A stretch of DNA of 64,000 bases. It comes from Acidobacteriota bacterium (GTDB lineage Bacteria; Acidobacteriota; Aminicenantia; Aminicenantales; UBA4085). The translations under genes and the position numbers were made by a program. How positions within the stretch are numbered: the first letter of the stretch is position 1; each line of letters begins with the position of its first letter. The notes below the pieces were generated by a model. The model was given only the letters and a program-made list of their open reading frames with translations, ran no database searches and was not told where the DNA came from. The stretch lies in the NCBI GenBank assembly GCA_028749235.1, contig JAQULS010000001.1, positions 755-64,754 of the forward strand. Direction: 5' to 3'. Positions 28,632-38,402 of the stretch are shown here, piece by piece.

Positions 28632-29683
28632 ACCGAGTGAGCGCCCCCGCCGTCCTCAATCCCGTCCGGACCAAGGAGGATCTTCTCTTCGAGGACGGCC
28701 TCCGGCCGCGGAACTTCGACGAGTTCATCGGCCAGGAGACCATCAAGGCCAACCTGAAGATCTTCATCGCCGCCGCCCGCAAGCGCGGCGAGCATCTCGA
28801 CCACGTCCTGCTCTACGGGCCGCCCGGCCTGGGCAAGACGAGCCTGGCCTACCTTCTGGCCAAGGAGCTGGGCGTGGGCATCAAGCCCACCTCGGGACCG
28901 GTCATCGAGCGGGTCGGGGACCTTTCGGCCATCCTGTCCAACCTGCAGACCAAGGAAATCCTCTTCATCGACGAGATCCACCGCCTTCAGCCCGCGGTCG
29001 AGGAGATCATGTACTCGGCCATGGAGGACTTCTGCCTGGATATCGTCATCGGCCAGGGGCCCGCCGCCCGCAGCCACAAGCTGGCCCTGAAGAAGTTCAC
29101 CCTGATCGGGGCCACGACCCGGGCCGGGAGGATCACCGCGCCGCTGCGGTCCCGCTTCGGCATCATCCACCGGCTGGATTACTACCGGGACGAGGAGATC
29201 AAGCGGGTGCTCCTGCGCTCGGCCGGGCTGATGAACGTCCGGCTGGACGAGGAGGGCGCGGATGCCATCTCCCTCCGCTCCCGCGGAACGCCCCGGGTGG
29301 CCAACCGGCTGTTGCGCCGGGTGCGCGACTACGTCGACGTCCGCGGCGGCGGCGTCATCACCGGGCCGGAAGCCCGCTACGCCCTGGACATGATGGAGGT
29401 CGACGCGATCGGCCTGGACGACGTGGACCGCAAGATCCTGGGCACGATCATCGAAAACTTCGGCGGCGGCCCGGTCGGCATCTCGACCATCGCCGCGGCC
29501 ATCGACGAGGACAAGGACACCATCGAGTCCATCTACGAGCCGTTCCTGATGCGGATCGGCTTCCTGGACCGCACGCCGCGCGGACGCAAGCTCACGGACA
29601 AAGCCTGGCGCCATCTCGGCTTTGCGGCGCCGGGCGAAAACCCGGCGGCGGGACGGACGGGTGGGCAGAAAAAGCTCTTTTAG
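28604..29683 (+). CDS. ruvB: Holliday junction branch migration DNA helicase RuvB
   Basis: Walker A LLYGPPGLGKTSLA, Walker B ILFIDEIHRL and sensor regions. Start is either ATG 28604 (28 nt overlap with ruvA) or GTG 28628 (GTGA overlap with the ruvA stop). Confidence 0.9.
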   Translation: MPEETGQAVNRVSAPAVLNPVRTKEDLLFEDGLRPRNFDEFIGQETIKANLKIFIAAARKRGEHLDHVLLYGPPGLGKTSLAYLLAKELGVGIKPTSGPVIERVGDLSAILSNLQTKEILFIDEIHRLQPAVEEIMYSAMEDFCLDIVIGQGPAARSHKLALKKFTLIGATTRAGRITAPLRSRFGIIHRLDYYRDEEIKRVLLRSAGLMNVRLDEEGADAISLRSRGTPRVANRLLRRVRDYVDVRGGGVITGPEARYALDMMEVDAIGLDDVDRKILGTIIENFGGGPVGISTIAAAIDEDKDTIESIYEPFLMRIGFLDRTPRGRKLTDKAWRHLGFAAPGENPAAGRTGGQKKLF

Positions 29684-29815
29684 CCGACCTGACCGTCCTC
29701 GATACCTCCATCAAGATGGCCTTCAAGCTTGTCGAAGCGAAAACGATGGAAAAGGAACTGGGAGGGAGTTTACCAATGACCCAAGGCGCGGGCGCCCGCG
29801 GAGCGCCGCCGGAGC

Positions 29816-30670
29816 CTACTTGATGTACAGGTAGACGGCGTGTTCCGTCCCGACATCGTCGGTCAGCGTTTCCGACTTGGCGCCCCTCGACTCCCAGCCC
29901 TCGATGGTGTAGTTGTGGGAGACGACCCGCGTCCCCTTCCTCAGCTGGGCTTCCAGCTTGGGCCGTAGGAGGAGGTTGGACTCCGGCAGGAGGTAGAGGG
30001 TCACCACGGTGGCGGCCGAGATATCCAGGGTCATGGCGTCCTGCCGGCGGAATTCGACCAGGCGCTCGACCCCGGCCGCCTTGGCCGCGGCCAGGCACTC
30101 CCGGATCCGCTCGGGGACGATATCGACCCCGACACCGCGGGCCCCGTACTCGCGGGCGGCCGTGATCAGGATGCGGCCGTCGCCGCAGCCGATGTCGTAG
30201 ATGATGTCTTCGGGCCCGACCCCGGCCGTCTCGAGCATCTTCTCGACCACCGGCATGGGCGTGGGGACATAGGGGGCCAGGTCCGCGGCGTCGGCCAGTC
30301 CGTGCGCGCCCTTGAACATCTCCAGCTTCCCGCGTTCGTCCAGCCGGAAAGAGTGGGCCGAGCCGGGCTCCAGCCGATAGAGCTTGTCATGGTCGCCGTT
30401 GGAGAACTGGAGGTCCATGGCCGTCCGGCTCGAGAAGCGGTCGACAGTACCCGGAGCCAGCGTCCGGGCCATCGGCCCGACGTTCGAGAACAGGACCCGG
30501 ATGGTGTAATGGACGGGATCGGACGTGACGTTGCGGAGGGTCGTTTCGGGCGCGGCGGCCGGTTCGGGGGACTTGTCGGGCCCCTCCGGCCGGCAGGCCG
30601 AAACCCCGGCGAAAGCCGCCGTTACGACCAGTACGGCCGCGAAAGCTCGGAAGATCGGGCGCCTTTTCAT
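29816..30670 (-). CDS. putative lipoprotein with a class I SAM-dependent methyltransferase domain
   Basis: Signal peptide plus lipobox-like AGVSAC. Motif I DIGCGDGRILITAA, and the acidic motif II region of Rossmann-fold methyltransferases. Confidence 0.65.
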   Translation of the reverse strand: MKRRPIFRAFAAVLVVTAAFAGVSACRPEGPDKSPEPAAAPETTLRNVTSDPVHYTIRVLFSNVGPMARTLAPGTVDRFSSRTAMDLQFSNGDHDKLYRLEPGSAHSFRLDERGKLEMFKGAHGLADAADLAPYVPTPMPVVEKMLETAGVGPEDIIYDIGCGDGRILITAAREYGARGVGVDIVPERIRECLAAAKAAGVERLVEFRRQDAMTLDISAATVVTLYLLPESNLLLRPKLEAQLRKGTRVVSHNYTIEGWESRGAKSETLTDDVGTEHAVYLYIK

Positions 30671-30813
30671 GAGTCGTTCGTCCCGCGGAGGGCGGGTATC
30701 ATCATACGCCGATTCCCGGCCCGCGGTCATCCCGCCCGGATGATCCCGGGCCGATCCTCCCCTTGCGGCCGAGGCCGGTTTCCCGCTATGCTGGCCCCCG
30801 GACAAAACCCGCC

Positions 30814-31854
30814 GTGAATATCCAGGAATTCGACTTCGACCTGCCGCCGGAGCTCATCGCCCAGCACCCCGCCGCCCGCCGCGACGAGTCGCGAATGATG
30901 GTCGTCGACCGGGCGGCGGGACGTATCTCCCACCGGATGTTCCGCGATTTTCCCGATTGGCTCCGCGGGGACGAGCTCCTCGTGCTCAACGACGCCAAGG
31001 TCATCCCGGCCAAGGCCTGGGGCAAGAGGGGTGCGGCGACGGTCGAGTTTCTCTTCCTGAAGGAAATCGAGCCCGGCCTCTGGGACGTCCTCTGCAAACC
31101 CGCCCGCCGCATTCGCCCGGGAGACGAGATCGTCTTCGCCGACGACCTCAAGGGCACGGCCGAAATGCCCGCTCCCGGCTCGGACGAAGGCCGCCGCCGC
31201 ATCCGCTTCGGAATGCCCGACGTCCTGGGCCGGCTGAAGCGCATCGGGTTCGCCCCCCTGCCGCCCTACATCAAGCGGGCCAAGGCCGACCGGGGCGAGC
31301 GCGAACGGGACCTCGAGCGCTACCAGACCGTCTTCGCCTCGCGCGAGGGCGCCATCGCCGCACCGACGGCCGGCCTGCACTTCACGCCCGAGGTCCTGGA
31401 GCGGATCCGGGCCAAGGGCGTCGAATCCGCCCGGGTCACGCTTCACGTCGGCCTGGCCACCTTCCAGCCGATGCGGACGGACCGGATCGAAGACCACCGC
31501 ATGCTCGAGGAATCCTACGACGTGCCCGGAGAAGCGGCGGACGCCGTCGACCGGGCCAAAGCCGGAGGCCGGCCCGTCCTGGCCGTCGGCACGACCGTCG
31601 TCCGGACGCTGGAAAGCGCCGGCCGCTCAGGCCGGCTCGCGCCGGGACCGGGAGTGACGTCGCTCTTCATCACCCCCGGATTCGAATTCAAGATCGTCGA
31701 CCGCCTGCTGACGAACTTCCACCTGCCGCGTTCGACGCTGCTTCTTCTCGTCTCGTCCCTGGCCGGGCGGGAGCTCATCCTGAGCGCTTACCGCGAAGCC
31801 GTCCGCGAGCGCTATCGCTTCTTTTCCTACGGCGACTGCATGCTGATTCTATGA
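30814..31854 (+). CDS. queA: S-adenosylmethionine:tRNA ribosyltransferase-isomerase
   Basis: VNIQEFDFDLPPELIAQHPA matches the QueA N-terminus. GTG start at 30814 is in frame with track ORF 30763..31854. Confidence 0.88.
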   Translation: MNIQEFDFDLPPELIAQHPAARRDESRMMVVDRAAGRISHRMFRDFPDWLRGDELLVLNDAKVIPAKAWGKRGAATVEFLFLKEIEPGLWDVLCKPARRIRPGDEIVFADDLKGTAEMPAPGSDEGRRRIRFGMPDVLGRLKRIGFAPLPPYIKRAKADRGERERDLERYQTVFASREGAIAAPTAGLHFTPEVLERIRAKGVESARVTLHVGLATFQPMRTDRIEDHRMLEESYDVPGEAADAVDRAKAGGRPVLAVGTTVVRTLESAGRSGRLAPGPGVTSLFITPGFEFKIVDRLLTNFHLPRSTLLLLVSSLAGRELILSAYREAVRERYRFFSYGDCMLIL

Positions 31855-31879
31855 ACCAGCCGCCGGAATTCTCGAAAGC

Positions 31880-33244
31880 TCAGGCCGTGATGATGCCCAG
31901 CGGGGGGTTGGTCTTCCACAAGCCGCGGGTGAAGTCGGGGATCGCGACCGGCTTGCCCTTGGCCGCGACGCTGCGGCAGGAAGCCTCGACGACCGCGCTC
32001 CAGGCGGCCGCGTCGTAGACGTCCTGGTCCAGCGGCTCGCCTTTGCGCAGGGACTGGATCAGGCGGTAATCCTCGATGTAATCCATGCCGCCGTGGCCGC
32101 GGCCCTCGCCCTTCGAGGCGATGGCCTTCCATAACGGATGATCGTACTCGGCCGCGAACCTCTCGAAGTCGTCCCAGGCGTGGGCTTTTTCGGCCTTGCC
32201 CTCGACGTAGATCCGGTCGGGCCACTTGTGGGCCAGGCCCTTGGTCCCCTGGACCAGGTTGATGCGGGTATAAGGCCGGGGCAGGTTGGTGTCGTGGATG
32301 AGGATGATCGTCTTGCCCAGCTTGGTCCGGATCAGGGACGTATTGACGTCGCCCAAGACGAATTTCTCGGCCGCCTGGGGAGAGCCGGCGCCGAACTTCT
32401 CGACGGCGTACTCATGCAGCCCCCGCCCGGGCGAGCTCATCGAGACGAGGACGTCGAAGGCGTCGCCCCGGTTGATGTTCATGCACTGGGCCACGGGGCC
32501 GAGGCCGTGGGTCGGATAGAGGTTGCCGTTGAGCTTCTGGGCCCAGGCCCGCCGCCACAGGCCCTCGCCCTCCTTGGAGAACTTGACGTCGCGCAGGTCG
32601 TGCAGGTAGCCCGCCTCGGCGTGCAGGATCTCGCCCAGCAGGCCCTGCCGGACCAGGTTCAAGGTCATAAGCTCGATCCGGTCGTAGCAGCAGTTCTCCA
32701 TCATCTGGCAGTGCTTGCCGTACTTCTCGGCCGTCTCCACCAGGGCCCAGCAGTCGTCCAGGAACATCGCCGCCGGGACCTCGGTCGCGGCGTGCTTGCC
32801 GTTCTTCATGGCCGAGAGGCATACGGGGACATGCCACTCCCAGGGGGTCGCCGTCATGACCAGGTCGAGGTCCTCCTTCTCGCACATCCGCTCGAAGTCG
32901 CGGGGGCCGTTGGAGTAGCCCGCCGGCTTGGGCCGGCCGGCGTCCGTGCACATCTTCTGGGCCCGTTCGACCTTGGCCGGAACGATGTCGCAGATCGCCT
33001 TGATCTCCAGGCCGTCGATAGCCAGGTAGTTTTGGACATGGGACGAGCCCATGCCGCCGACGCCGACGAAGCCGACCCGGACGGTTTCGACCGGGGCCGT
33101 TTTGAACCCAGATCTGGCCTGCCCGGGGCGCGCGTTCGCCTCGCCCGGCAGCGTCAGGCCGGTCAGGGCCGTGCCCGCGGAAAGGACCGCTCCCGTTTTC
33201 AGAAAATCGCGGCGGGTGGTGCTTTGGGAATCATCCATGATCAT
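31880..33244 (-). CDS. TAT-exported Gfo/Idh/MocA family NAD-dependent oxidoreductase (GH109-like glycosidase architecture)
   Basis: Twin-arginine signal TRRDFLKTGAVLSAGTALTG. Rossmann motif VGFVGVGGMGSSH. 454 aa. Confidence 0.8.
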   Translation of the reverse strand: MIMDDSQSTTRRDFLKTGAVLSAGTALTGLTLPGEANARPGQARSGFKTAPVETVRVGFVGVGGMGSSHVQNYLAIDGLEIKAICDIVPAKVERAQKMCTDAGRPKPAGYSNGPRDFERMCEKEDLDLVMTATPWEWHVPVCLSAMKNGKHAATEVPAAMFLDDCWALVETAEKYGKHCQMMENCCYDRIELMTLNLVRQGLLGEILHAEAGYLHDLRDVKFSKEGEGLWRRAWAQKLNGNLYPTHGLGPVAQCMNINRGDAFDVLVSMSSPGRGLHEYAVEKFGAGSPQAAEKFVLGDVNTSLIRTKLGKTIILIHDTNLPRPYTRINLVQGTKGLAHKWPDRIYVEGKAEKAHAWDDFERFAAEYDHPLWKAIASKGEGRGHGGMDYIEDYRLIQSLRKGEPLDQDVYDAAAWSAVVEASCRSVAAKGKPVAIPDFTRGLWKTNPPLGIITA

Positions 33245-33386
33245 GCCTCCGATGCTTCTCGCGCTTCGTCCCCCCGTTTATACCCAATCCGGAATCCCCT
33301 GTAAAGGCGCTTGAGATTCTGGAGCGCCGGTTTGAATCTCGGGGCCTAAAAACGTAAAATGCGGATAGTCTGCTCTATAGCTATCC

Positions 33387-34679
33387 ATGGAAGACACTCT
33401 GTTCGAAAACGGCACGGTGGGCTGCGGCGGAGCCGGTTTCCCCGCCTCGGTCAAGCTCGCCGGGCACGTTGAGACCCTGATCGTCAACGCCGCGGAATGC
33501 GAGCCCCTTCTCCACAAGGATAAGGAGCTGTTGGTCCGCCGCGGCGACGAATTCTTCGCCGGGCTGGCCGAGGCGATGAGGCGGGTGACGGCCCGCCGGG
33601 GGATCATCGCCCTCAAGAAGAAATACGCCGATCTCGCCTCGTCCGTCGCCAAGCGATGCCCGTCGGACGTCGAAGTCCATCTCCTGGACGACGTTTATCC
33701 CGCGGGCGACGAATTCGTCCTGGTCTACGAAGTCACCGGCCGGATCATCGGGCCCGGCGGCCTGCCCAAGGACGTGGACGCCGTGGTCCAGAACGTGGAG
33801 ACGCTGGTCAATATCGGCCTCGCCCGTCCGGTGACCCGCAAGGCCCTGACCGTGGCCGGATTGGTGGCCCGCCCCATGACCCTGGAAGTTCCCGTCGGCG
33901 CGCCGTTCGCGGACATCCTGGCCGCCGCGGGGGGGGCTCTCGAGCCCGATTTCGGCGTCCTCGTCGGCGGAGTCATGATGGGCCGCCTGGCCGGCGATCT
34001 CTCGGAGCCGGTGACCAAGACGACGGCGGGATTGATCGTACTGCCGATAGACCATCCTCTCCTCCGCCGGCATGCCCGGCGTCCGGAGGCCGTGCGGCGG
34101 ATCGCCCGGGCGGCCTGCGACCAATGCACGTTCTGCACCGAGCTGTGCCCCCGCTACCTCCTGAACCATCCCGTCGAGCCCCACCGCGTCATGCGCAGCT
34201 TCGGCCTTGGAATTTCCGCCGACGGCGCCGCCCGCTACGCCCGGTATTGCTCCGGCTGCCGGTTGTGCAGCCTGGCCACCTGCCCCGAAGGGCTCGACCC
34301 ATCGGAGATCTGCGGCCTGGTCAAGAACGCGACCGCGCAGGGAAGCCCCCCCCGCGGCGAGAGCCCGGCCCCGAGGCCCCATCCCCTGCGGTTCGCCCGG
34401 CGCATGCCCACGGCCAGGCTGGTCCGCAAGCTCGGCCTGGAAGGGATGCCCGATCACGCCCCTTGGAGCTCCGTCCGGATCGCCCCGCGCCGCGTCCAGA
34501 TTCCGCTCCGCCAGCACGTCGGCGTGGCGGCCGAGCCGGTGGTGCGGGTCGGGCAAACCGTGAGCGAAGGCGACTGCATCGGACGGATCCCCGCCGGCAA
34601 GCTCGGGGCGCCGGTCCATGCCAGCATCGACGGGCGCGTAGTGTCCGTCGCGGACACGGTCGTGATCGAAGCCGAATAA
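33387..34679 (+). CDS. RnfC/PduS-like flavin- and Fe-S-containing NADH oxidoreductase (microcompartment-associated redox protein)
   Basis: 51-kDa-subunit-like nucleotide-binding site GCGGAGFPASVK. Two 4Fe-4S motifs (CDQCTFCTELCP and CSGCRLCSLATCP). C-terminal barrel-sandwich RnfC_N-like segment (LRQHVGVAAEPVVRVGQTVSEGDCIG...HASIDGRVVSV), i.e. the permuted order seen in PduS. Confidence 0.8.
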   Translation: MEDTLFENGTVGCGGAGFPASVKLAGHVETLIVNAAECEPLLHKDKELLVRRGDEFFAGLAEAMRRVTARRGIIALKKKYADLASSVAKRCPSDVEVHLLDDVYPAGDEFVLVYEVTGRIIGPGGLPKDVDAVVQNVETLVNIGLARPVTRKALTVAGLVARPMTLEVPVGAPFADILAAAGGALEPDFGVLVGGVMMGRLAGDLSEPVTKTTAGLIVLPIDHPLLRRHARRPEAVRRIARAACDQCTFCTELCPRYLLNHPVEPHRVMRSFGLGISADGAARYARYCSGCRLCSLATCPEGLDPSEICGLVKNATAQGSPPRGESPAPRPHPLRFARRMPTARLVRKLGLEGMPDHAPWSSVRIAPRRVQIPLRQHVGVAAEPVVRVGQTVSEGDCIGRIPAGKLGAPVHASIDGRVVSVADTVVIEAE

Positions 34680-34686
34680 GAAAACC

Positions 34687-35247
34687 ATGGACAACATCAA
34701 CAACATCGGGATCATGGAGCTCGGCTCGCTGGCCGCGGGCTACCGGGTCGAAGACGCGCTGCTGAAGACGGCGCCCGTTTCGATCCTGATCGCCCGGCCG
34801 ATCTGCTCGGGCAAGTTCCTGATCGTCGTGGCGGGCTCGGTCGCTTCCGTCAAGGCCTCGCTCGCCGGCGGCATCCGGGTCGGCGGCGAATCGATCATCG
34901 AGCATCGGATCATCAACAACCTGCATCCCGCGGTCCTGCCCGCCCTGGGGCTTGCCGTCGAGATCGGGACGGAATTGCCGGGCGCGCTCGGCATCGTGGA
35001 GACCTTCTCGGCGGCCGCCGCCGTGGAAGCCGCCGACGCGGCCGTCAAGAACGCCCCGATCGGGCTGTTCCGGATCCACTTGGCCATGGCCATGGGCGGG
35101 AAAGGCCTGGTGCTGTTTTGCGGCGGCCTGGGCGACGTCCGGGCCGGGCTGGACGCGGCCGTCGCCGTCATGGCCGAATCGGGCATGCTCGCGGGCAGCG
35201 CCCTGATTTCGGCCCCCTCGGCCGAGCTGCTGCGGGAATACATGTAA
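34687..35247 (+). CDS. BMC-T shell protein, tandem BMC domains, PduT-like (possible Fe-S pore)
   Basis: Two BMC-fold repeats (IGIMELGSLAAGYRVEDALLKTAPV and LGIVETFSAAAAVEAADAAVKNAPIG). Cys in ARPICSGKF, at a position comparable to the PduT cluster ligand. Confidence 0.8.
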   Translation: MDNINNIGIMELGSLAAGYRVEDALLKTAPVSILIARPICSGKFLIVVAGSVASVKASLAGGIRVGGESIIEHRIINNLHPAVLPALGLAVEIGTELPGALGIVETFSAAAAVEAADAAVKNAPIGLFRIHLAMAMGGKGLVLFCGGLGDVRAGLDAAVAVMAESGMLAGSALISAPSAELLREYM

Positions 35248-35259
35248 GGAGACAAGACG

Positions 35260-35988
35260 ATGGCGGGAACATTCGACCGGACAGCCGTCGAGAAGATCGT
35301 GCGGGACGTCCTGCGGGATCTTCCCAAGGCCGAGGGCGCACCGCGCGGTGACGGCCCGGCGACTCCTCTCCCGGTCAATGTATCGGCCCGCCATATCCAC
35401 CTCTGCCGCAAGGACTTCGAAGCGCTCTTCGGCCCGGGCGCCCAACCGACGCTCCTGCGGTCTCTCTATCAGGAGGGCCATTTCGCGGCCCGGGAGACCG
35501 TGGCCATTATCGGCCCCAAGAAGCGGATGATCCCGGAACTCCGCATCCTGGGCCCGCTGCGGGACCATTCGCAGGTCGAGCTGGCCTTCACCGACGTCAT
35601 CCACCTGGGGCTCGAAAACGTCCAAGTCCGCATGTCGGGAGACATCGAGGGCACGCCCGGGGCCTGGATCCAGGGTCCGGCCGGCATGCTGGAGTTGAAG
35701 CAGGGCGTGATCCGGGCGGCCCTGCACGTCCACATGAACGAGCGCGACGCGGCCCGGATGGGGGTCGTCCACAAGGGCTTTCTGGCCCTCCGGGTCGAAA
35801 GCGACGCCCCGGTCGTTTTCGGACGCGTCCACGTCCGCGTCGACCCGTCCTTCAAGCTCGAAGTCCACATGGACACGGACGAGGCCAACGCCTGCCACCT
35901 GGCGGCGGCCCGAAACGTGTCCCTGATTCCCGTACCCGGGAGCATCGAAAGTCCCGACGACATCCACCATAAAGGAGCGCGTGCATGA
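35260..35988 (+). CDS. pduL: phosphate acyltransferase PduL (phosphotransacylase)
   Basis: Two PduL repeats with the signatures VNVSARHIHLCRKDFEALFG and AALHVHMNERDAARMG. RBS aaggaga upstream. Confidence 0.85.
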   Translation: MAGTFDRTAVEKIVRDVLRDLPKAEGAPRGDGPATPLPVNVSARHIHLCRKDFEALFGPGAQPTLLRSLYQEGHFAARETVAIIGPKKRMIPELRILGPLRDHSQVELAFTDVIHLGLENVQVRMSGDIEGTPGAWIQGPAGMLELKQGVIRAALHVHMNERDAARMGVVHKGFLALRVESDAPVVFGRVHVRVDPSFKLEVHMDTDEANACHLAAARNVSLIPVPGSIESPDDIHHKGARA

Positions 35989-36275
35989 GAAAAGCATTGG
36001 GCATGATTGAGACGATCGGCTTCGTCCCCATGCTGGAAGCCACGGATGCGGCCTGCAAGGCCGCCCACGTGACCTTCCTCCATTGGGAGCCGGCCGGTTC
36101 GGGCATGGTCACGGCCTTCTTCGAGGGCGAGGTCGCCGCCGTCAAGGCCGCCGTCGACGCCGGCGCCGAGGCCGCGGCCAAGCTGGGCAAGGTCGTGGCC
36201 GCCCAGGTCATCCCGAATCCGTACCAGGATCTCGAGGCTTTCACCGCGGGGAAGCCCAAGCCCCGGACCGCTTGA
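35985..36275 (+). CDS. BMC-H shell protein (hexamer, PduA/EutM-like)
   Basis: ALGMIETIGFVPMLEATDAACKAAHV is the BMC (Pfam00936-like) core. 96 aa. Confidence 0.85.
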   Translation: MRKALGMIETIGFVPMLEATDAACKAAHVTFLHWEPAGSGMVTAFFEGEVAAVKAAVDAGAEAAAKLGKVVAAQVIPNPYQDLEAFTAGKPKPRTA

Positions 36276-36299
36276 AGCGGGCCGAGCGAGAGGACGCAA

Positions 36300-36581
36300 A
36301 TGAGCAATCAAGCCATCGGCATGCTGGAAACGCGGGGCATGGTCGGGCTGGTCACGGCCGGTGACGCCATGTGCAAGGCCGCCAACGTGACCATGATCCG
36401 GACGGTCGAGATCGGCGGCGGCTTCGTCACCACCGTGGTCAAGGGCGAAGTCGGCAGCGTCAAGGCCGCCGTCGAAGCCGGGCTGCTGACCCTGAAGGCC
36501 GTGGGGGCCGAGATCATCGCCGCCCACGTCATCCCCCAGCCGCACGATTCCACCCTCGGGCTCGTGGACAAGAAAGGCTGA
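36300..36581 (+). CDS. BMC-H shell protein (hexamer, PduA/PduJ-like)
   Basis: AIGMLETRGMVGLVTAGDAMCKAANV. 93 aa. Confidence 0.88.
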   Translation: MSNQAIGMLETRGMVGLVTAGDAMCKAANVTMIRTVEIGGGFVTTVVKGEVGSVKAAVEAGLLTLKAVGAEIIAAHVIPQPHDSTLGLVDKKG

Positions 36582-36594
36582 GGCGCCGGCCGTC

Positions 36595-37767
36595 ATGAAG
36601 ATCCTGGTGCCGAACATCGGCAGCACGTCGTTCAAGTATCGGCTCATCGATATGGACGGCGAGGCCGTGCTCGGCGAGGGCAAGATCGAGCGCATCGGCC
36701 GGCCCGGCGGCGACTGCCCCGATTACCCCGCCGCCATCCGGCGCTGCCTGGACGCGCTGGTCGGCCCGGGCAAGCCGCTGGCCGCCCTGGACGAGCTGTC
36801 GGCCGTGGGCTTCAAGGCCGTTCACGCCCACGGGCTGACGGGCGCCGTGCCCGTGACGCCGGAAGTCCTGGCGGCCATGGAGGAATACGCCTTTCTCCTG
36901 CCGGCCCACAACCCGCCCTATGTCGCGGCCATGAAGGCCTTCGCCGCCGCGGCGCCCACGGTCCCGTCCGTGGCGCTTTTCGAGACGGCCTTTTTCACGG
37001 ACATGCCCGAGGCGGCCTCCATCTACGCCGTGCCTTGGTCGTGGCGGGAGGAGGACGGGGTGCGGCGTTTCGGCTTCCACGGCGCCAGCCACCGCTATGC
37101 CAGCGACCAGGCGCGGCGTCTGGTCGGGCGGGACGGGCTGGCCCACATTTCCTGCCACCTGGGCGGCAGCTCGAGCCTGGCCGCCGTCAAGGACGGCCGG
37201 GCCGTCGACACCAGCTTCGGCATGACCCCCCAGAGCGGCATCCCCCAGAATAACCGGGTCGGAGACGTCGACGTCTTCGCCGTGCTGTATCTCATGAAAA
37301 AACACGGGCTCGGCCCCGACGAGATGGCCCGGACGCTGGCCCAGGAATCCGGGCTGGCCGGCATCTCGGGCCTCAGCGGCGACGTCCGCGACCTCGAGGC
37401 CGCGGCGGCCCGGGGACACGAGCGGGCCCGGCTGGCCCTGGAAGCCTATGTCTACGCCGTGCGCCGCTTCCTGGGGGCCTTCCTGATCGAGCTCGGCAAG
37501 GTCGATGTGATCACCTTCTCCGGCGGCATCGGCGAGCACTCGGCCTGGGTCCGGCGGCGCGTCCTGCGCGGCCTGGAGCCGTTCGGCATCATCCTCGACG
37601 ATCGTCGCAACGAGGCGGCGGAGAAAAACACGCGCATCTCCGCCGAGTCCTCGCCGGCGCAGGTCTGGGTCGTCGAGACCAACGAAGAGATCGTCGTGGC
37701 CCGGGCCGCGGCGGACGTCCTGAAAAGAATCCAAGCGGAAAAATCGGCGGGACGCGCGGCGTCCTGA
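36595..37767 (+). CDS. ackA: acetate/propionate kinase
   Basis: MKILVPNIGSTSFKYRL is the acetokinase N-terminal signature. Also ...VGFHGASHRYA... 390 aa. Confidence 0.88.
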   Translation: MKILVPNIGSTSFKYRLIDMDGEAVLGEGKIERIGRPGGDCPDYPAAIRRCLDALVGPGKPLAALDELSAVGFKAVHAHGLTGAVPVTPEVLAAMEEYAFLLPAHNPPYVAAMKAFAAAAPTVPSVALFETAFFTDMPEAASIYAVPWSWREEDGVRRFGFHGASHRYASDQARRLVGRDGLAHISCHLGGSSSLAAVKDGRAVDTSFGMTPQSGIPQNNRVGDVDVFAVLYLMKKHGLGPDEMARTLAQESGLAGISGLSGDVRDLEAAAARGHERARLALEAYVYAVRRFLGAFLIELGKVDVITFSGGIGEHSAWVRRRVLRGLEPFGIILDDRRNEAAEKNTRISAESSPAQVWVVETNEEIVVARAAADVLKRIQAEKSAGRAAS

Positions 37768-37785
37768 GACAAAGGAGTTCCTATC

Positions 37786-38061
37786 ATGGTGAATCCGGCG
37801 ATCGGAATGATCGAAACGCGGGGCCTGACGGCCCTGGTCATGGCCACCGACGCGATGCTCAAGGCGTCGGCGGTGGAGTTCATGGGCTGGCGGAAGGTCG
37901 GCAGCGGTTTGTGCTCCGCCTACGTCAAGGGCGACGTGGCCGCCGTGCGGACCTCCCTGGACGCCGGCATCGCCATCGCCCGCGAGGTCGGCCAAATCGT
38001 CAACACCCAGGTCCTGTCGCGCCCCCACGACGAGATCCAGGGCATGGTCCCGAAGCGCTGA
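37786..38061 (+). CDS. BMC-H shell protein (hexamer)
   Basis: AIGMIETRGLTALVMATDAMLKASAV. 91 aa. Confidence 0.88.
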   Translation: MVNPAIGMIETRGLTALVMATDAMLKASAVEFMGWRKVGSGLCSAYVKGDVAAVRTSLDAGIAIAREVGQIVNTQVLSRPHDEIQGMVPKR

Positions 38062-38080
38062 CCGGGCGCGGAGTCAAGAC

Positions 38081-38378
38081 CATGCTACTGGCCAAAGTCA
38101 TGGGGACGGTCGTCTCTTCGCAGAAGCACGCCAAGTTCCAGGGTATGAAGCTTTTCCTCATCCAACCCTGCGGTAGCTCCGATAAGAAGCTCGTCCCGCA
38201 GGGCGGCAGCTTGGTCGCCGTCGACTGCGTGACCTGCGGCGTCGGCGACCTGGTCCTCTTCACCCAGGGCAGCTCGGCCCGCATGACCGAGTGCACCAAG
38301 GACAGCCCCGTCGACGCCGTGATCATCGGCATCGTCGATGCCGTCGAGGTCCACGGCAAGCCCCTGGGGAAGCCCTAG
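38081..38378 (+). CDS. BMC-P vertex (pentamer) protein, EutN/PduN/CcmL family
   Basis: MLLAKVMGTVVSSQK... is the typical BMC-P N-terminus. 99 aa from ATG 38081 within a longer track ORF. Confidence 0.8.
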
Positions 38379-38402
38379 CCGGGGAAGGGAGCGCGTTCGG
38401 CC

